Shown here: piece by piece, positions 1 to 9,138 of the stretch
Layout of the letters: every line of letters starts with the position of its first letter
Position numbering within the stretch: position 1 is the stretch's first letter
Virus record (IMG/VR): IMGVR_UViG_3300009788_002560
Length of the DNA: 22,209 nucleotides
Source of the DNA: a virus
Direction: 5' to 3' (one strand)
The notes under the pieces: generated by a model
What the model saw: only the letters and a program-made list of their open reading frames with translations
What the model was told of the DNA's origin: nothing
Databases searched by the model: none
Program-made: the position numbers and the translations under genes

Positions 1-353
1 CTGCCATGGCAGACGTACCAGCGAATCATGAGCGACCCAGGAAGTACAAGATCACCGAGCACGCAGAGCGAGCGGCCATTTACAAGGCGGCCATGCTTGG
101 CGTCCCGCTGAGCGGCATGACAATGGTTTGCCCCTGGGCTTGTTGCCCAGACTGCGCTCGCGGCATCGTTCTTTCTGGCATCCGATTGGTGATCGCTCAC
201 AAGCAGGCGTACGATAAGACGCCGGAGCGGTGGCGTGAGGAGGTTGCCTTAGGCATTGAGATTCTGGAGGGCGGTGGCGTTAGTTACACGCTCTACGACG
301 GCAACATCGGTAACGTCGAGAATCTCTTCAACGGGGAGATTTGGTATCCATGA
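1..353 (+). CDS. dCMP/cytidine deaminase, 5'-truncated by the window edge
   Basis: Frame of ORF 6..353 contains the zinc-binding motifs HAE (TEHAERAAI) and PCxxC (VCPWACCPDCA) of the CMP/dCMP deaminase family. HAE sits only ~19 residues into the ORF, so the N-terminus must lie upstream of the window. Confidence 0.7.
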   Translation, partial: AMADVPANHERPRKYKITEHAERAAIYKAAMLGVPLSGMTMVCPWACCPDCARGIVLSGIRLVIAHKQAYDKTPERWREEVALGIEILEGGGVSYTLYDGNIGNVENLFNGEIWYP

Positions 354-1030
354 TAACAGTTGTCCAACCTAACTTCGTCTGGCCGTTGACTACCATAGGC
401 ATGTTCCGGTTTCTTGTGAAACATGTCGAACGCTGTGGCCGGGTTTGCTACAAATCTGAAGAGCGGATTACTGAAGAGTCGGGCGAGAAGTTTGTCGCAA
501 AGATTCGCCAGAACCGGCATTTGAGTGTGTTGGAACACGCCTCGGTCACGGTGATCGTTATTTGCAGCCGTGCGGCCTCGCATCAATTGGTGCGACATCG
601 GATTGCCGCCTACAGTCAGGAAAGCCAGCGGTACTGTGACTACGGACACGATGGCAATCTGCAAGTGATTTGTCCACCGAGTATAGGGTTGCAACCTCGC
701 AACTATTCGGTTGCTGATACCTTCAGCCTGGGGGATGAACAGATCAGATGGATCAAGCAGATTGACAGTGCCTACGAAGAGTACCGGCAGGAGCTTATGG
801 AAGGGGTTAAGCCTGAGGACGCCCGCTACGTACTTCCGAACGCCACGAAGACCGAGATAGCCGTCACTTTCAACTTACGTCAATGGCGACATGTATTCAC
901 CGAACGCGCCTTGAATCGTCACGCACAATGGGAGATTCGCGGCATTTTCAATGGAATCCTGCGCGACATGCGAGTCCGACTCCCTGTCGTTTTTCACGAT
1001 ATGGTACCACCCGATGAACCTCCAGGCTGA
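350..1030 (+). CDS. thyX: flavin-dependent thymidylate synthase ThyX
   Basis: ThyX signature RHRx7-8S present (LVRHRIAAYSQESQRY). ATG at 350 overlaps the deaminase stop (ATGA), so the two are likely translationally coupled. Confidence 0.85.
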   Translation: MITVVQPNFVWPLTTIGMFRFLVKHVERCGRVCYKSEERITEESGEKFVAKIRQNRHLSVLEHASVTVIVICSRAASHQLVRHRIAAYSQESQRYCDYGHDGNLQVICPPSIGLQPRNYSVADTFSLGDEQIRWIKQIDSAYEEYRQELMEGVKPEDARYVLPNATKTEIAVTFNLRQWRHVFTERALNRHAQWEIRGIFNGILRDMRVRLPVVFHDMVPPDEPPG

Positions 1031-2165
1031 CATTTTGTTCAAAGACGTTGTAGCCGACGTTGATCTTGAAGAAGTTCAACGTCAGCTTCAGTCCTGCGTC
1101 AACGAGTGGTTTTACCCGGAGATTACGTCCATGACACCAGAAGTTCACCTCTCATCCATAGCGACCGCACCCGAAGTTCCCGTTCAATTCGACATTCCCG
1201 ATCGAGAACGGCTAGCGAGTGTGGATTACCTGTTCCGTCGATTGGCTCGTGGCGACAGACTACCTAAACCACCTAATCCTAAACCGCGACTACTGGCGGT
1301 ACCCGCGCTGGACGAGCAGCCACGGCCCATTTATGCGGTATCTGATCTCCATCTCGGAGACAAGGGCCCGCGTGACAACTTTACCCACATGGGTGACGGT
1401 AAGCGGTTAGGTGAGTTTTGGTCCTTTCTGAACATGGTCGAGAGAAACAAAGGCCGGCTTATCATTGTTGGTGATCTCTTCGAGTTGTGGCAGAGTAACA
1501 TGAGTCTAGTCTTAACATCATGGAATCCGCTTTTGAAACGGCTTGCCGCGATGAAAGCTGTTTACGTGCTTGGTAACCATGACGCTGATTTGCTTCACTT
1601 TTGTATGTCGTCCCATCGACTGTCGCATCCGTTTTTCAAAACGATGGTGACTAGCCACACTGAGTTTATAGATGGAAAGAGTTTTCACTTCACTCATGGA
1701 TGCGTAGCTGACCACTATTGCGCCGGGAGTACTCCAGGTATTGGTCGGATCATAGCGATTTATACCGGCCTTAAAGAAGACCAAAACGGTGGGCCTTCTT
1801 TGAACAAGTATCAAACTATTGAAGCCGCCACGACCGGTCGTCTTGAGTGGGTGTCTGGTATTCTCCGATGGTTCCTTCGTAAGCCTAATCGAACTCAACT
1901 CGGGTATGCCGGACTACGGAAGCTTTTGGATAGTTACGATGTTGTTGTATCAGGACACACGCATCGCGCGGGTCAGTTGCACACTAAGGAAAGATTGCCG
2001 CACGGCACTAGAGTTGATGTTCCGTTGCCAATCTACAATACCGGAACGTGGGCGGAGAGTACGTGTAGCTTCGTGCTCGTCTCGCCCAATGGTGAGGTGG
2101 GCATTTTCGACTGGGTTGACGGTCGGAGAAGCGTGCCTAATGAAGTCAAACTGAGAGTCAAATGA
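1014..2165 (+). CDS. calcineurin-like metallophosphoesterase
   Basis: Ordered metallophosphatase motifs: DxH (AVSDLHLGD), GD (IIVGDLFE), GNHD (VLGNHD), GHxH (VVSGHTHR). The ORF track starts at ATG 951, which overlaps thyX by 80 nt. ATG 1014 (MNLQAD...) is preferred, but the start is uncertain. Confidence 0.75.
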   Translation: MNLQADILFKDVVADVDLEEVQRQLQSCVNEWFYPEITSMTPEVHLSSIATAPEVPVQFDIPDRERLASVDYLFRRLARGDRLPKPPNPKPRLLAVPALDEQPRPIYAVSDLHLGDKGPRDNFTHMGDGKRLGEFWSFLNMVERNKGRLIIVGDLFELWQSNMSLVLTSWNPLLKRLAAMKAVYVLGNHDADLLHFCMSSHRLSHPFFKTMVTSHTEFIDGKSFHFTHGCVADHYCAGSTPGIGRIIAIYTGLKEDQNGGPSLNKYQTIEAATTGRLEWVSGILRWFLRKPNRTQLGYAGLRKLLDSYDVVVSGHTHRAGQLHTKERLPHGTRVDVPLPIYNTGTWAESTCSFVLVSPNGEVGIFDWVDGRRSVPNEVKLRVK

Positions 2166-2974
2166 AGGTTCTCCCAGAGTATACGGCCTACGCAGTCCCA
2201 ATGACTCTTGTTTTTGTGGATGTGGATTTCAATTGCCGTGGTCGATTTCTGCCGGATTCAGTCGTCTCGCTCGCCGAGAATATCCGCGACACTGGTCTGC
2301 AATTCCCGGTGATTATCCAGCCGTGGGGCGAGGCCGAGGGATTCGATTTCCGACTGGTCGCTGGCTTCCGCCGATTTGCAGCGTGCAAAGTGTTGCGGAT
2401 GGGCGAAATCCCAGCGATGGTGACCGAGCGGGACATCTCTGAGTTTGAAGCTCACAAACTGAACCTCGTGGAGAACCTGGAGCGCCAAGACCTGAATATC
2501 CTCCAAGAGGCTCGGGGGATCAGGAAGCTCTTTCCGGCGGGGGAGACGCCTGGCGTGATCGCTAAGGAATTGAAGAGACCCCGCCAATGGGTGTACCGCC
2601 GGCTCGGTCTCCTGGACCTCCCCCACGATGTTCAACTGATGTTCGCCTCCAGCCGGCTGTCGCAAAGCGACCTTGATACAGTGCTTTCCTACCGCATAGA
2701 GCCCAAAGCCGCCCAGGAGGCCGCACAGAAGCTCCTGACGGCTACTCTGGAGAGCCCTGCCACAGCCAAGGCAGTGCGGAAGAAGCTTCAACTGGGCCGC
2801 AAGGTGATGGATGGCCGGCGGAAGAAGGCTGAGATCGGCGAGATGATCGACAGAATGTTCAGCATGGGGATCGATGGCTTACCTACTCGGGTTGCGGCGT
2901 GGTGTGCCGGAACGATTCCCACCGAAAAATTGGTTTCTGACCTAGAAAAAGTGGCGGGTGGGGACCCGATTTGA
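2162..2974 (+). CDS. ParB-like nuclease domain (ParB/Srx N-terminal domain) protein
   Basis: Conserved ParB-box motif GFRRFAA (VAGFRRFAACK) in the N-terminal half. ATGA overlap with the upstream stop. Confidence 0.65.
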   Translation: MKVLPEYTAYAVPMTLVFVDVDFNCRGRFLPDSVVSLAENIRDTGLQFPVIIQPWGEAEGFDFRLVAGFRRFAACKVLRMGEIPAMVTERDISEFEAHKLNLVENLERQDLNILQEARGIRKLFPAGETPGVIAKELKRPRQWVYRRLGLLDLPHDVQLMFASSRLSQSDLDTVLSYRIEPKAAQEAAQKLLTATLESPATAKAVRKKLQLGRKVMDGRRKKAEIGEMIDRMFSMGIDGLPTRVAAWCAGTIPTEKLVSDLEKVAGGDPI

Positions 2975-3002
2975 CAATCATATAGGTAGAGGAGAAATCG
3001 CT

Positions 3003-3401
3003 ATGAACGATACAATCGAACCAGACGATTCAGCCTGCGCTGATGTCACACCCACTCCAGACGCCCCGGTCTCCCCGCCCGGTGAGATCGGCATCAACAT
3101 CACGAAACAGAAGATCGGCACGATCATCATGGTCGAGACCGAAGATGGCCATCTTTTCGAGATGATTGTCCGCAGTCCAAAACACGGTGTGGTCGAAGTT
3201 TCCGGCACCGAGCAGCGGATGAAGTATCCCACTGTCGGGTCCCTAACCTACTCGATTTCAGACGACAAGAAGACGCGAATCGACAACTGGATCGGCCAGT
3301 ATTTGAAGATGATGATCGTCTTCCGGAACGGTAACTACGAAAGCAAGCTCGTAACACACGCTTCTCTCAAAGGCGAGGGATGGACGTTCGAGGTATTTTA
3401 A
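3003..3401 (+). CDS. hypothetical protein
   Basis: ORF 2958..3401; internal ATG at 3003 is preceded by GAGGAG and is the likely start. No recognisable motifs. Confidence 0.5.
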   Translation: MNDTIEPDDSACADVTPTPDAPVSPPGEIGINITKQKIGTIIMVETEDGHLFEMIVRSPKHGVVEVSGTEQRMKYPTVGSLTYSISDDKKTRIDNWIGQYLKMMIVFRNGNYESKLVTHASLKGEGWTFEVF

Positions 3402-3415
3402 CCCCAATGAGGTAA

Positions 3416-3730
3416 ATGATGGCCGAGACCAAGAAATTCGTCCTTGAGGGCGAAGTAGCGCTGGCGTATTTCACCGGCGAACAAGATTCCAAACACGTTC
3501 TGATTGAGGACAAGAACGCCGCTTCCGATGGGCCGGCGACCGTAGCCTCCAGCCAACGACGGTTGGAATCCAAGATTGCTGATGAACTCGGCTTTCCGAA
3601 TGAAGCCGAGTTTGATGCGATGTTCGCCAAGCTCGACAAGCTCCGTAAGAAGGGCTTACGCCCGGTCGAAGGTGTGCCGGATGGCGTGCGCGAGGGCGTG
3701 AAACTCCGTATTACGGTGGAGGTGCTGTAA
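3416..3730 (+). CDS. hypothetical protein
   Basis: 104-aa ORF with an upstream TGAGGT RBS-like sequence, tightly packed with its neighbours. No recognisable motifs. Confidence 0.5.
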   Translation: MMAETKKFVLEGEVALAYFTGEQDSKHVLIEDKNAASDGPATVASSQRRLESKIADELGFPNEAEFDAMFAKLDKLRKKGLRPVEGVPDGVREGVKLRITVEVL

Positions 3731-3733
3731 GCA

Positions 3734-4531
3734 ATGAATCTCCCCACCGAAACCGACCACGACGTTTACGCCCTTGAACAATGGGCGCAAGAAATCTTAG
3801 CGACCTTCATAGAAAATACGGTGACAGCTAATTTGATTCACCGTGATTTTGTGGATATGTCCGTCGAAGTTAATGATGTAGTCAACATCCAAAAGCCGAC
3901 GGGCGGAGGTTGCTTGGTTCCGTTTGATCTGTATGCGTACACTTCATTTGTCATCAAGGACGCTGATACGAGCGAACCATTTTCAAAGTTGGCGGAAAGG
4001 ATGCTAATGCCAGCTTCACTGTGTATTGCTCAGGTTGTGGATCAGGACATCTTGAACCAAATTTACAAGTTTTCGATCGATCCCGATAGCGGTGTCAGGT
4101 GTTTGCCCAATCTCAACAGGGACAGTTTGCGTGAAGCCTGCCAGATACTCAACGATAACCAGGTTCCGACCACTGATCGGAACCTGATACTCGGGCATAC
4201 CAGTGAAGCGCGATTGTTGAAGGACTGCAAATTGTATGCTGCAACCGAGCAGCTTGGATTTGGTGCCTGGCTGGATAAATCCATCGGGTTCATTGCCAAT
4301 GGTGAATTGAGTTTTGCGTTCCACCGTAATGCGGTAGTTCTGGGTACCGCGGCGGTGAATCGGGCTCCTTTTACTCCGGGTGAGAAAACTATCGCTATTG
4401 CCCACGACGGCATCGGTGTGCAGGTGACTATGGCGTACAATATAAAAGAGCAGGGTATACAAGCTACCATTGAGGTACTTGGTGGTGTCGCGCTTCTCGA
4501 CCCCGCTCTGATTGTTGTATTCCGAAGTTGA
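3734..4531 (+). CDS. hypothetical protein (265 aa)
   Basis: Long ORF starting 4 nt after the upstream stop, in the same orientation as all neighbours. The antisense ORF 4016..4846 is judged spurious. Confidence 0.55.
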   Translation: MNLPTETDHDVYALEQWAQEILATFIENTVTANLIHRDFVDMSVEVNDVVNIQKPTGGGCLVPFDLYAYTSFVIKDADTSEPFSKLAERMLMPASLCIAQVVDQDILNQIYKFSIDPDSGVRCLPNLNRDSLREACQILNDNQVPTTDRNLILGHTSEARLLKDCKLYAATEQLGFGAWLDKSIGFIANGELSFAFHRNAVVLGTAAVNRAPFTPGEKTIAIAHDGIGVQVTMAYNIKEQGIQATIEVLGGVALLDPALIVVFRS

Positions 4532-4585
4532 CCATGTGAGGCGGTCCACAGTGGCGATGGGCCGCCTCTGATGGTGAGGGAGATT

Positions 4586-6991
4586 ATGTACGCGCTGAAG
4601 CTCTATCTCGATTCGGAGACATGCGGTCTTTTTGGGATGCCGGTGCTCTTTCAGTACGCAATCGAAGACGGTCCAATCACCCTTTGGGACATTTGGAAAC
4701 GTCCGATTCGTGAGACACTGCGTCTGATTGAGTGGTTCTGTACATACACTATCGTCGCCTTCAATCTGGTGTTTGACTGGTTCCACGTTTGCAAGTTGTA
4801 CACCATCTTCGCTCTCTGCAATCCTGACTGGATTCCCGGAGAGCACATCGACGAGATCGCTATGCTAGAGCCGGATGGTCAGAATGGCCCCTGTCTCAAA
4901 CCTGCTGGCGCACTCGATCTTCTTCTCCACAGCCGTAAGGGTCCAATGCAGTCCCTTATGAGTCGGAACAACGTCCGTATCAACCGGGTGCCGACTGTTC
5001 TGGCTGATGCTCTTGCGGATGAACTTGAGGAGCGGGTTCAGTTTGACAACATCTACTTCGCCAAATCCCACGATCCGACCGCGCCGAAGTGGCAAGTGTT
5101 TGATCGTCACGACCGTTATGGTGACATTGACGATCACTTCAAAGACGTTGTGCTGCGATTCAATCCGGCCGGTGGTCTGAAGTACCTGGCCGAGTATCTC
5201 TTGAAGCGGAAACCGCGATTCCATTACAAGGATGTGGAGCCCAAGACGCGACCCAAAGAGTTAGGCTTCTCCCCGACTGCATTGTCTATCTCCAGTCCCG
5301 ACGAAGACTGGGTGGTCTATTCAAAAGGAAAAGACGGTAAGCTGAAGCCTTCCGGTCACTCTTGGCCGGGTGTGATTCGTGAGACAATCGAACACTGGCA
5401 CAGCAATGCGGACGCACGCGAATACGCGACTGACGACGTGGTCTATCTCCAGCTTCTCGATGAGCATTTCGGGTTCCCAAAGGTCAACGACAATGATTCC
5501 CTCCTGACGTGCATGGTGGCCGCAGTTCGCTGGCACGGGTTTGCGATTGACAAGCTCGGGCTTTACGACCTGTTGAAACGGGCTCGTCAAATTGTCGTCG
5601 ACTCGCCGGTCAATACGAACAAGCCTAGTGAAGTCCGCGCGTATATTACAGCCGCGATGGATGACATGGAAGCCATCATTCTTGAGGACTCCACAAGGAA
5701 GACTAACATCGAGGCCATCGGCACCTGGGAGATTTCGGAGGAGGAGCCTTGTACACGTTGTATCGTTGAAATCGATCCGAACTGCGTGCGGTGCCAAGGG
5801 ACCGGAGTAGTCAAACCAGGACCACACCCAGCCGCCGCCCGTGCCAAGGAAATCTTAGCAGTCAAGATCGCTGGGAAAGAAGTCGAACTGTACAACAAAC
5901 TGTTGCGGGCCGGCAAATTCCACGCGAGTTTCAATGTCATCGGCGCCCTCTCATCACGGATGAGCGGAGGTGATGGACTCAATGCTCAAGGGATCAAACA
6001 CACGAAGGAAGTTCGCGGGAAGTTCCCCTTAGCCTGGGATGGCTATGTTCTCAGCATTGGCGACTTTTCTGCATTCGAGGTGACCATCGCGGACGCTGTC
6101 TGTGACGATGAAGCCCTCCGTGAAGAATTGAAAGCCGGCCGGAAGATTCATGCTTTGTTCGGAATGGCTCTCTTCCCCGGTCACACCTACGATGAAATCC
6201 GGGCGACGGACGGGACTGAGAATGACTTGTATACCAAGGGTAAGCAGGGGTTCTTCGGGTCCATTCTCTACGGCGGCAATCACATGACGCTGATAAACAA
6301 GCTTGGCGTCAAAGAGGAAGATGCCATCGCGGCCATTGAAACCTTTGGCCGGAAGTACAAAGGGGTCGCCCGCTGGCGTAAGCGAGTGAGCGACTCATTC
6401 TGTTCCATGACGCAGCCTGGCGGTATTGGAACACAGGTCATTTGGAAGGACCCGGCGGACTATGCTGAAACCATGCTCGGTTTCCGCCGCTATTTCACAC
6501 TTGAGAACCGAATCTGTAAGACACTATTCGGACTTGCTCAGAAGCCACCTAAGCATTGGAAAGACATTGGTAAAGGCGTCAAAGTATGCCGCCGTGATCG
6601 AGTTCAGACAGCGGGCGGGGCCGTTCAGTCAGCACTCTACGGTGCATCCTTCGCCTTGCAAGCCTCGAATATGCGAGCCGCCGCGAACCATGAGATTCAG
6701 AGTCCAGGGGCCGAGATCACGAAATCTGTTCAGTGCGCTGTCTGGAGTCTACAGCCGGCCGGTGTCCACGAATTCCTAGTGGCGCCAATGAATGTTCACG
6801 ACGAAGTGATCTGTGTCAACCAACCGCACATTACCGATGCTGTCGCTGAGAAAGTCAGAGAGAGTGTCGAAGCTTTCCGTCCCTATGTACCGCTGATTGG
6901 AATGGACTGGTGCAAGCGGGCGGGCTCCTGGGCCGATAAGAGTGGCGTGGACGATGACGACGCCATGGTTATCATAACCTATGAAAGGTAG
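4586..6991 (+). CDS. family A (Pol I-like) DNA polymerase with 3'-5' exonuclease domain
   Basis: Exo I motif YLDSETCGL and Exo III YATDD. Pol motif A DFSAFEV, motif B KGKQGFFGSILYG, motif C VHDEV. ATG 4586 is preceded by GAGGGAG; ATG 4571 is an alternative start. Confidence 0.9.
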   Translation: MYALKLYLDSETCGLFGMPVLFQYAIEDGPITLWDIWKRPIRETLRLIEWFCTYTIVAFNLVFDWFHVCKLYTIFALCNPDWIPGEHIDEIAMLEPDGQNGPCLKPAGALDLLLHSRKGPMQSLMSRNNVRINRVPTVLADALADELEERVQFDNIYFAKSHDPTAPKWQVFDRHDRYGDIDDHFKDVVLRFNPAGGLKYLAEYLLKRKPRFHYKDVEPKTRPKELGFSPTALSISSPDEDWVVYSKGKDGKLKPSGHSWPGVIRETIEHWHSNADAREYATDDVVYLQLLDEHFGFPKVNDNDSLLTCMVAAVRWHGFAIDKLGLYDLLKRARQIVVDSPVNTNKPSEVRAYITAAMDDMEAIILEDSTRKTNIEAIGTWEISEEEPCTRCIVEIDPNCVRCQGTGVVKPGPHPAAARAKEILAVKIAGKEVELYNKLLRAGKFHASFNVIGALSSRMSGGDGLNAQGIKHTKEVRGKFPLAWDGYVLSIGDFSAFEVTIADAVCDDEALREELKAGRKIHALFGMALFPGHTYDEIRATDGTENDLYTKGKQGFFGSILYGGNHMTLINKLGVKEEDAIAAIETFGRKYKGVARWRKRVSDSFCSMTQPGGIGTQVIWKDPADYAETMLGFRRYFTLENRICKTLFGLAQKPPKHWKDIGKGVKVCRRDRVQTAGGAVQSALYGASFALQASNMRAAANHEIQSPGAEITKSVQCAVWSLQPAGVHEFLVAPMNVHDEVICVNQPHITDAVAEKVRESVEAFRPYVPLIGMDWCKRAGSWADKSGVDDDDAMVIITYER

Positions 6992-6996
6992 ACACC

Positions 6997-7311
6997 ATGT
7001 TTGTAGACTGCTATCAAGTTGAAGAGGAGAGCTTAACAACTCATGAGTGGGAGATGTTGAAAGTCTTCCGCTTGAAGTACAAGTGGACTCACACTGTCCG
7101 CCGCTTCTGTTTTCTTCTTTGCCGACCCCACCCTGCGATTGCCGGCTCAGAGATGGTTCAAGCAGTGATCGTTAAGACTTCCGCCTTCAACTATGCACGG
7201 AGGGTCATGCGGACTCGGCAACCACGACATATTCGGATCACTCGTATCGATCGGGAAGGCGCCCGGCTCGTGAAGATTGTGATCTGGCTTAATGGAAAGT
7301 GGACAGAATGA
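6997..7311 (+). CDS. hypothetical protein
   Basis: 104-aa ORF 5 nt after the polymerase stop, with AAAGGTAGA upstream. No recognisable motifs. Confidence 0.45.
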   Translation: MFVDCYQVEEESLTTHEWEMLKVFRLKYKWTHTVRRFCFLLCRPHPAIAGSEMVQAVIVKTSAFNYARRVMRTRQPRHIRITRIDREGARLVKIVIWLNGKWTE

Positions 7312-7493
7312 GCCTCACGAGACGAGTAGACGAACAAAGCATCTTGGATGACTTCAACGAGATTGAGATTCGGGGACTCGCTTGTCAAAACAGCATTCAG
7401 TCGTGGCAGATTGCCGACCTGTGGATACTGCGACGGGTCTTGCTGCAACTAGACACTATCTTAGGACTCGAAAACAATGAAATCTTGGCTTGA
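7308..7493 (+). CDS. hypothetical small protein
   Basis: ATG overlaps the upstream stop (ATGA). Short, low-information ORF. Confidence 0.3.
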   Translation: MSLTRRVDEQSILDDFNEIEIRGLACQNSIQSWQIADLWILRRVLLQLDTILGLENNEILA

Positions 7494-7495
7494 CC

Positions 7496-7891
7496 ATGAG
7501 AAAACAAACGGGTCCCGGACCCGAATGGTATATCCGCCGAGACATCAAGTTGATGCTGGAGCAGCGTAATTGGCACGTCGAGATCATGGTGGGCTCGGCG
7601 TTCCAGTCGGGGATTCCCGACCTGTATTGTTTCCACCAGGACAAGTGGGGCGAGCGATGGATCGACGCCAAGAACCCGGATGAGTACACCTTCACCAAGG
7701 CCCAGAAGTTCAAGTGGCCGCTGTGGGAACGAAAAGGCATCGGCATCTGGATTCTCATCGCCGCCACCCAAGCAGAGTACAACAAACTGTTTCAGCCGCC
7801 CAACTGGCGGAGCTACGTGAAGAAAAACTGGAAGCTACCGACACCTGAAGAGATCGACCGGATGGTTGATGAGTTGTGTGCAGATGAGTAG
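7496..7891 (+). CDS. VRR-NUC / PD-(D/E)xK family nuclease
   Basis: GIPDLYCF ... ERWIDAK matches the PD...(D/E)xK catalytic arrangement typical of VRR-NUC domains. Size ~130 aa. Confidence 0.5.
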   Translation: MRKQTGPGPEWYIRRDIKLMLEQRNWHVEIMVGSAFQSGIPDLYCFHQDKWGERWIDAKNPDEYTFTKAQKFKWPLWERKGIGIWILIAATQAEYNKLFQPPNWRSYVKKNWKLPTPEEIDRMVDELCADE

Positions 7892-8051
7892 AACCAAATC
7901 AAACTCGTGGAAGAACACGTGCCAGAAGCTTGGCGCCCCTGGATTGAAAAGGTGGTTCAAGAAACTACTTCACCGCAAGAATCGCCGGAAGGCAAAACGC
8001 GATCCGAAAGGTCATAAGGATAAACCTCTCGACCCGTGGGCCATCGACTAA
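7884..8051 (+). CDS. small, highly basic (K/R-rich) protein
   Basis: ATG overlaps the end of the upstream gene. ~25% K/R; possibly nucleic-acid binding. Confidence 0.35.
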   Translation: MSRTKSNSWKNTCQKLGAPGLKRWFKKLLHRKNRRKAKRDPKGHKDKPLDPWAID

Positions 8052-8599
8052 TGAAACTGATCGAACTAACACAAGGCCGAGTGGCTTTAGTCGATGATGA
8101 AGACTTCGAGTGGCTGTCGCAGTGGAAGTGGTATTATCACCGTTACAGGAAGACCGGCTACGCTATGCGAAATGGGCCATCGCCGAAACGTGGCCTAATT
8201 CTGATGCACGTCACCATTTTACAACGGCACAAGCGTTGGGCATGTGGACGTGGAATCGATCACATCAATATGTGCGGCTGTGACAACCGGAAAGAAAATC
8301 TACGGCTCGCGACTTCCAGCGCGAACGGGATGAACGCTGGTTTACGATTAGACAATACGTCGGGAGTCAAAGGCGTGAATTGGCACAAAGCCGGTCGCAA
8401 ATGGCAAGCCCGAATTTGCATCAACCAGAAAGAAACGTTCCTTGGACTTTTTACCGACATGGACGACGCGATCAAAGCTCGCGAGCAAGCCGAGATCAAA
8501 TACTTCGGAAAGTACCGACACGACTTGTCCAATGTTTGCCCGCTCGGATCAACCGGCGAGTGTCCCGATTGCGCACAAAGACTGAGAGAACTGCAATGA
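8051..8599 (+). CDS. HNH homing endonuclease with C-terminal AP2 DNA-binding domain
   Basis: HNH_3-type motif IDHINMCGCDNRKENLRLATSSANGMN. AP2 motif SGVKGVNWHKAGRKWQARICINQKETFLGLFTDMDDAIKAREQAEIKYFG. TAATG overlap with the upstream gene. Confidence 0.85.
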   Translation: MKLIELTQGRVALVDDEDFEWLSQWKWYYHRYRKTGYAMRNGPSPKRGLILMHVTILQRHKRWACGRGIDHINMCGCDNRKENLRLATSSANGMNAGLRLDNTSGVKGVNWHKAGRKWQARICINQKETFLGLFTDMDDAIKAREQAEIKYFGKYRHDLSNVCPLGSTGECPDCAQRLRELQ

Positions 8600-9138
8600 G
8601 ATTCCAACGATCCTCTGAAACAGGGCTGTGTGTTTTGACTTCCTTCGCCATGGTTCTCGATATGCCGGCAGCGGAGTTGTTGGCAAGTCTCGGCAACCAG
8701 TGGCAAACACTAGCTTTCCCTGACCTCCCGGTACCGCATTGTTGGCGAGGTATCCATATCCAAGAACTGATTTTGGTAGCCCTGAGAAAGGGCTATGCTG
8801 TCACACCAGTTGAACTGTTGCCACAGACTCAGGCGGGGCAGGCTCTTAATCCAGTGACGCGCAAGCCGTACCAAGATGTGGTCGTCTTTCACGGTGCTAC
8901 CGAAGAGACAAACTGGGAGATTTTTCACGACGTTATTCGGACTTGCTCCGGAGTTATCACTGGTCGGATCGCCCCGAGCATGACGCGATTTCAACGTCAC
9001 CATGCAGTCGCATTTGACAAGGGCACTATTTTCGATCCAAGCACTGATGCGTTTTTGTACTCAGTCAAGCAGTGTGAGGCACGTAACTTTTACTCGAATA
9101 CTGCTTGGCGCTTTGATAGGATGGAGGAATCCCTGTGA
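8596..9138 (+). CDS. hypothetical protein, possibly a papain-like (C39-like) cysteine peptidase
   Basis: N-terminal GLCVLTSFAMVLD resembles the catalytic-Cys region of C39-like peptidases. Later HHAVAFDKG...D could supply His/Asp. ATGA overlap with the HNH gene stop. Assignment is weak. Confidence 0.4.
   Translation: MRFQRSSETGLCVLTSFAMVLDMPAAELLASLGNQWQTLAFPDLPVPHCWRGIHIQELILVALRKGYAVTPVELLPQTQAGQALNPVTRKPYQDVVVFHGATEETNWEIFHDVIRTCSGVITGRIAPSMTRFQRHHAVAFDKGTIFDPSTDAFLYSVKQCEARNFYSNTAWRFDRMEESL

Noticed and set aside
951-1013. Longer phosphoesterase start at ATG 951
   Set aside because: It would overlap thyX by 80 nt in another frame. ATG 1014 gives a conventional short overlap with the thyX stop. 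Either start is possible, and the phosphoesterase domain is unaffected.
3734-4531. Calling the 265-aa protein a capsid/coat protein
   Set aside because: This was only a vague compositional impression with no diagnostic motif. Its position inside a replication/nucleotide-metabolism module argues against it. Left as hypothetical.
4016-4846. 276-aa minus-strand ORF overlapping the 3734..4531 gene and the polymerase start
   Set aside because: It is antisense to two + strand genes including the motif-supported DNA polymerase. No RBS or start context. Judged spurious.
4586-6991. Intein or intron interrupting the DNA polymerase gene
   Set aside because: Exo and Pol motifs occur in the normal order and spacing in one continuous 806-aa frame. 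No extra insertion bearing endonuclease motifs is visible.
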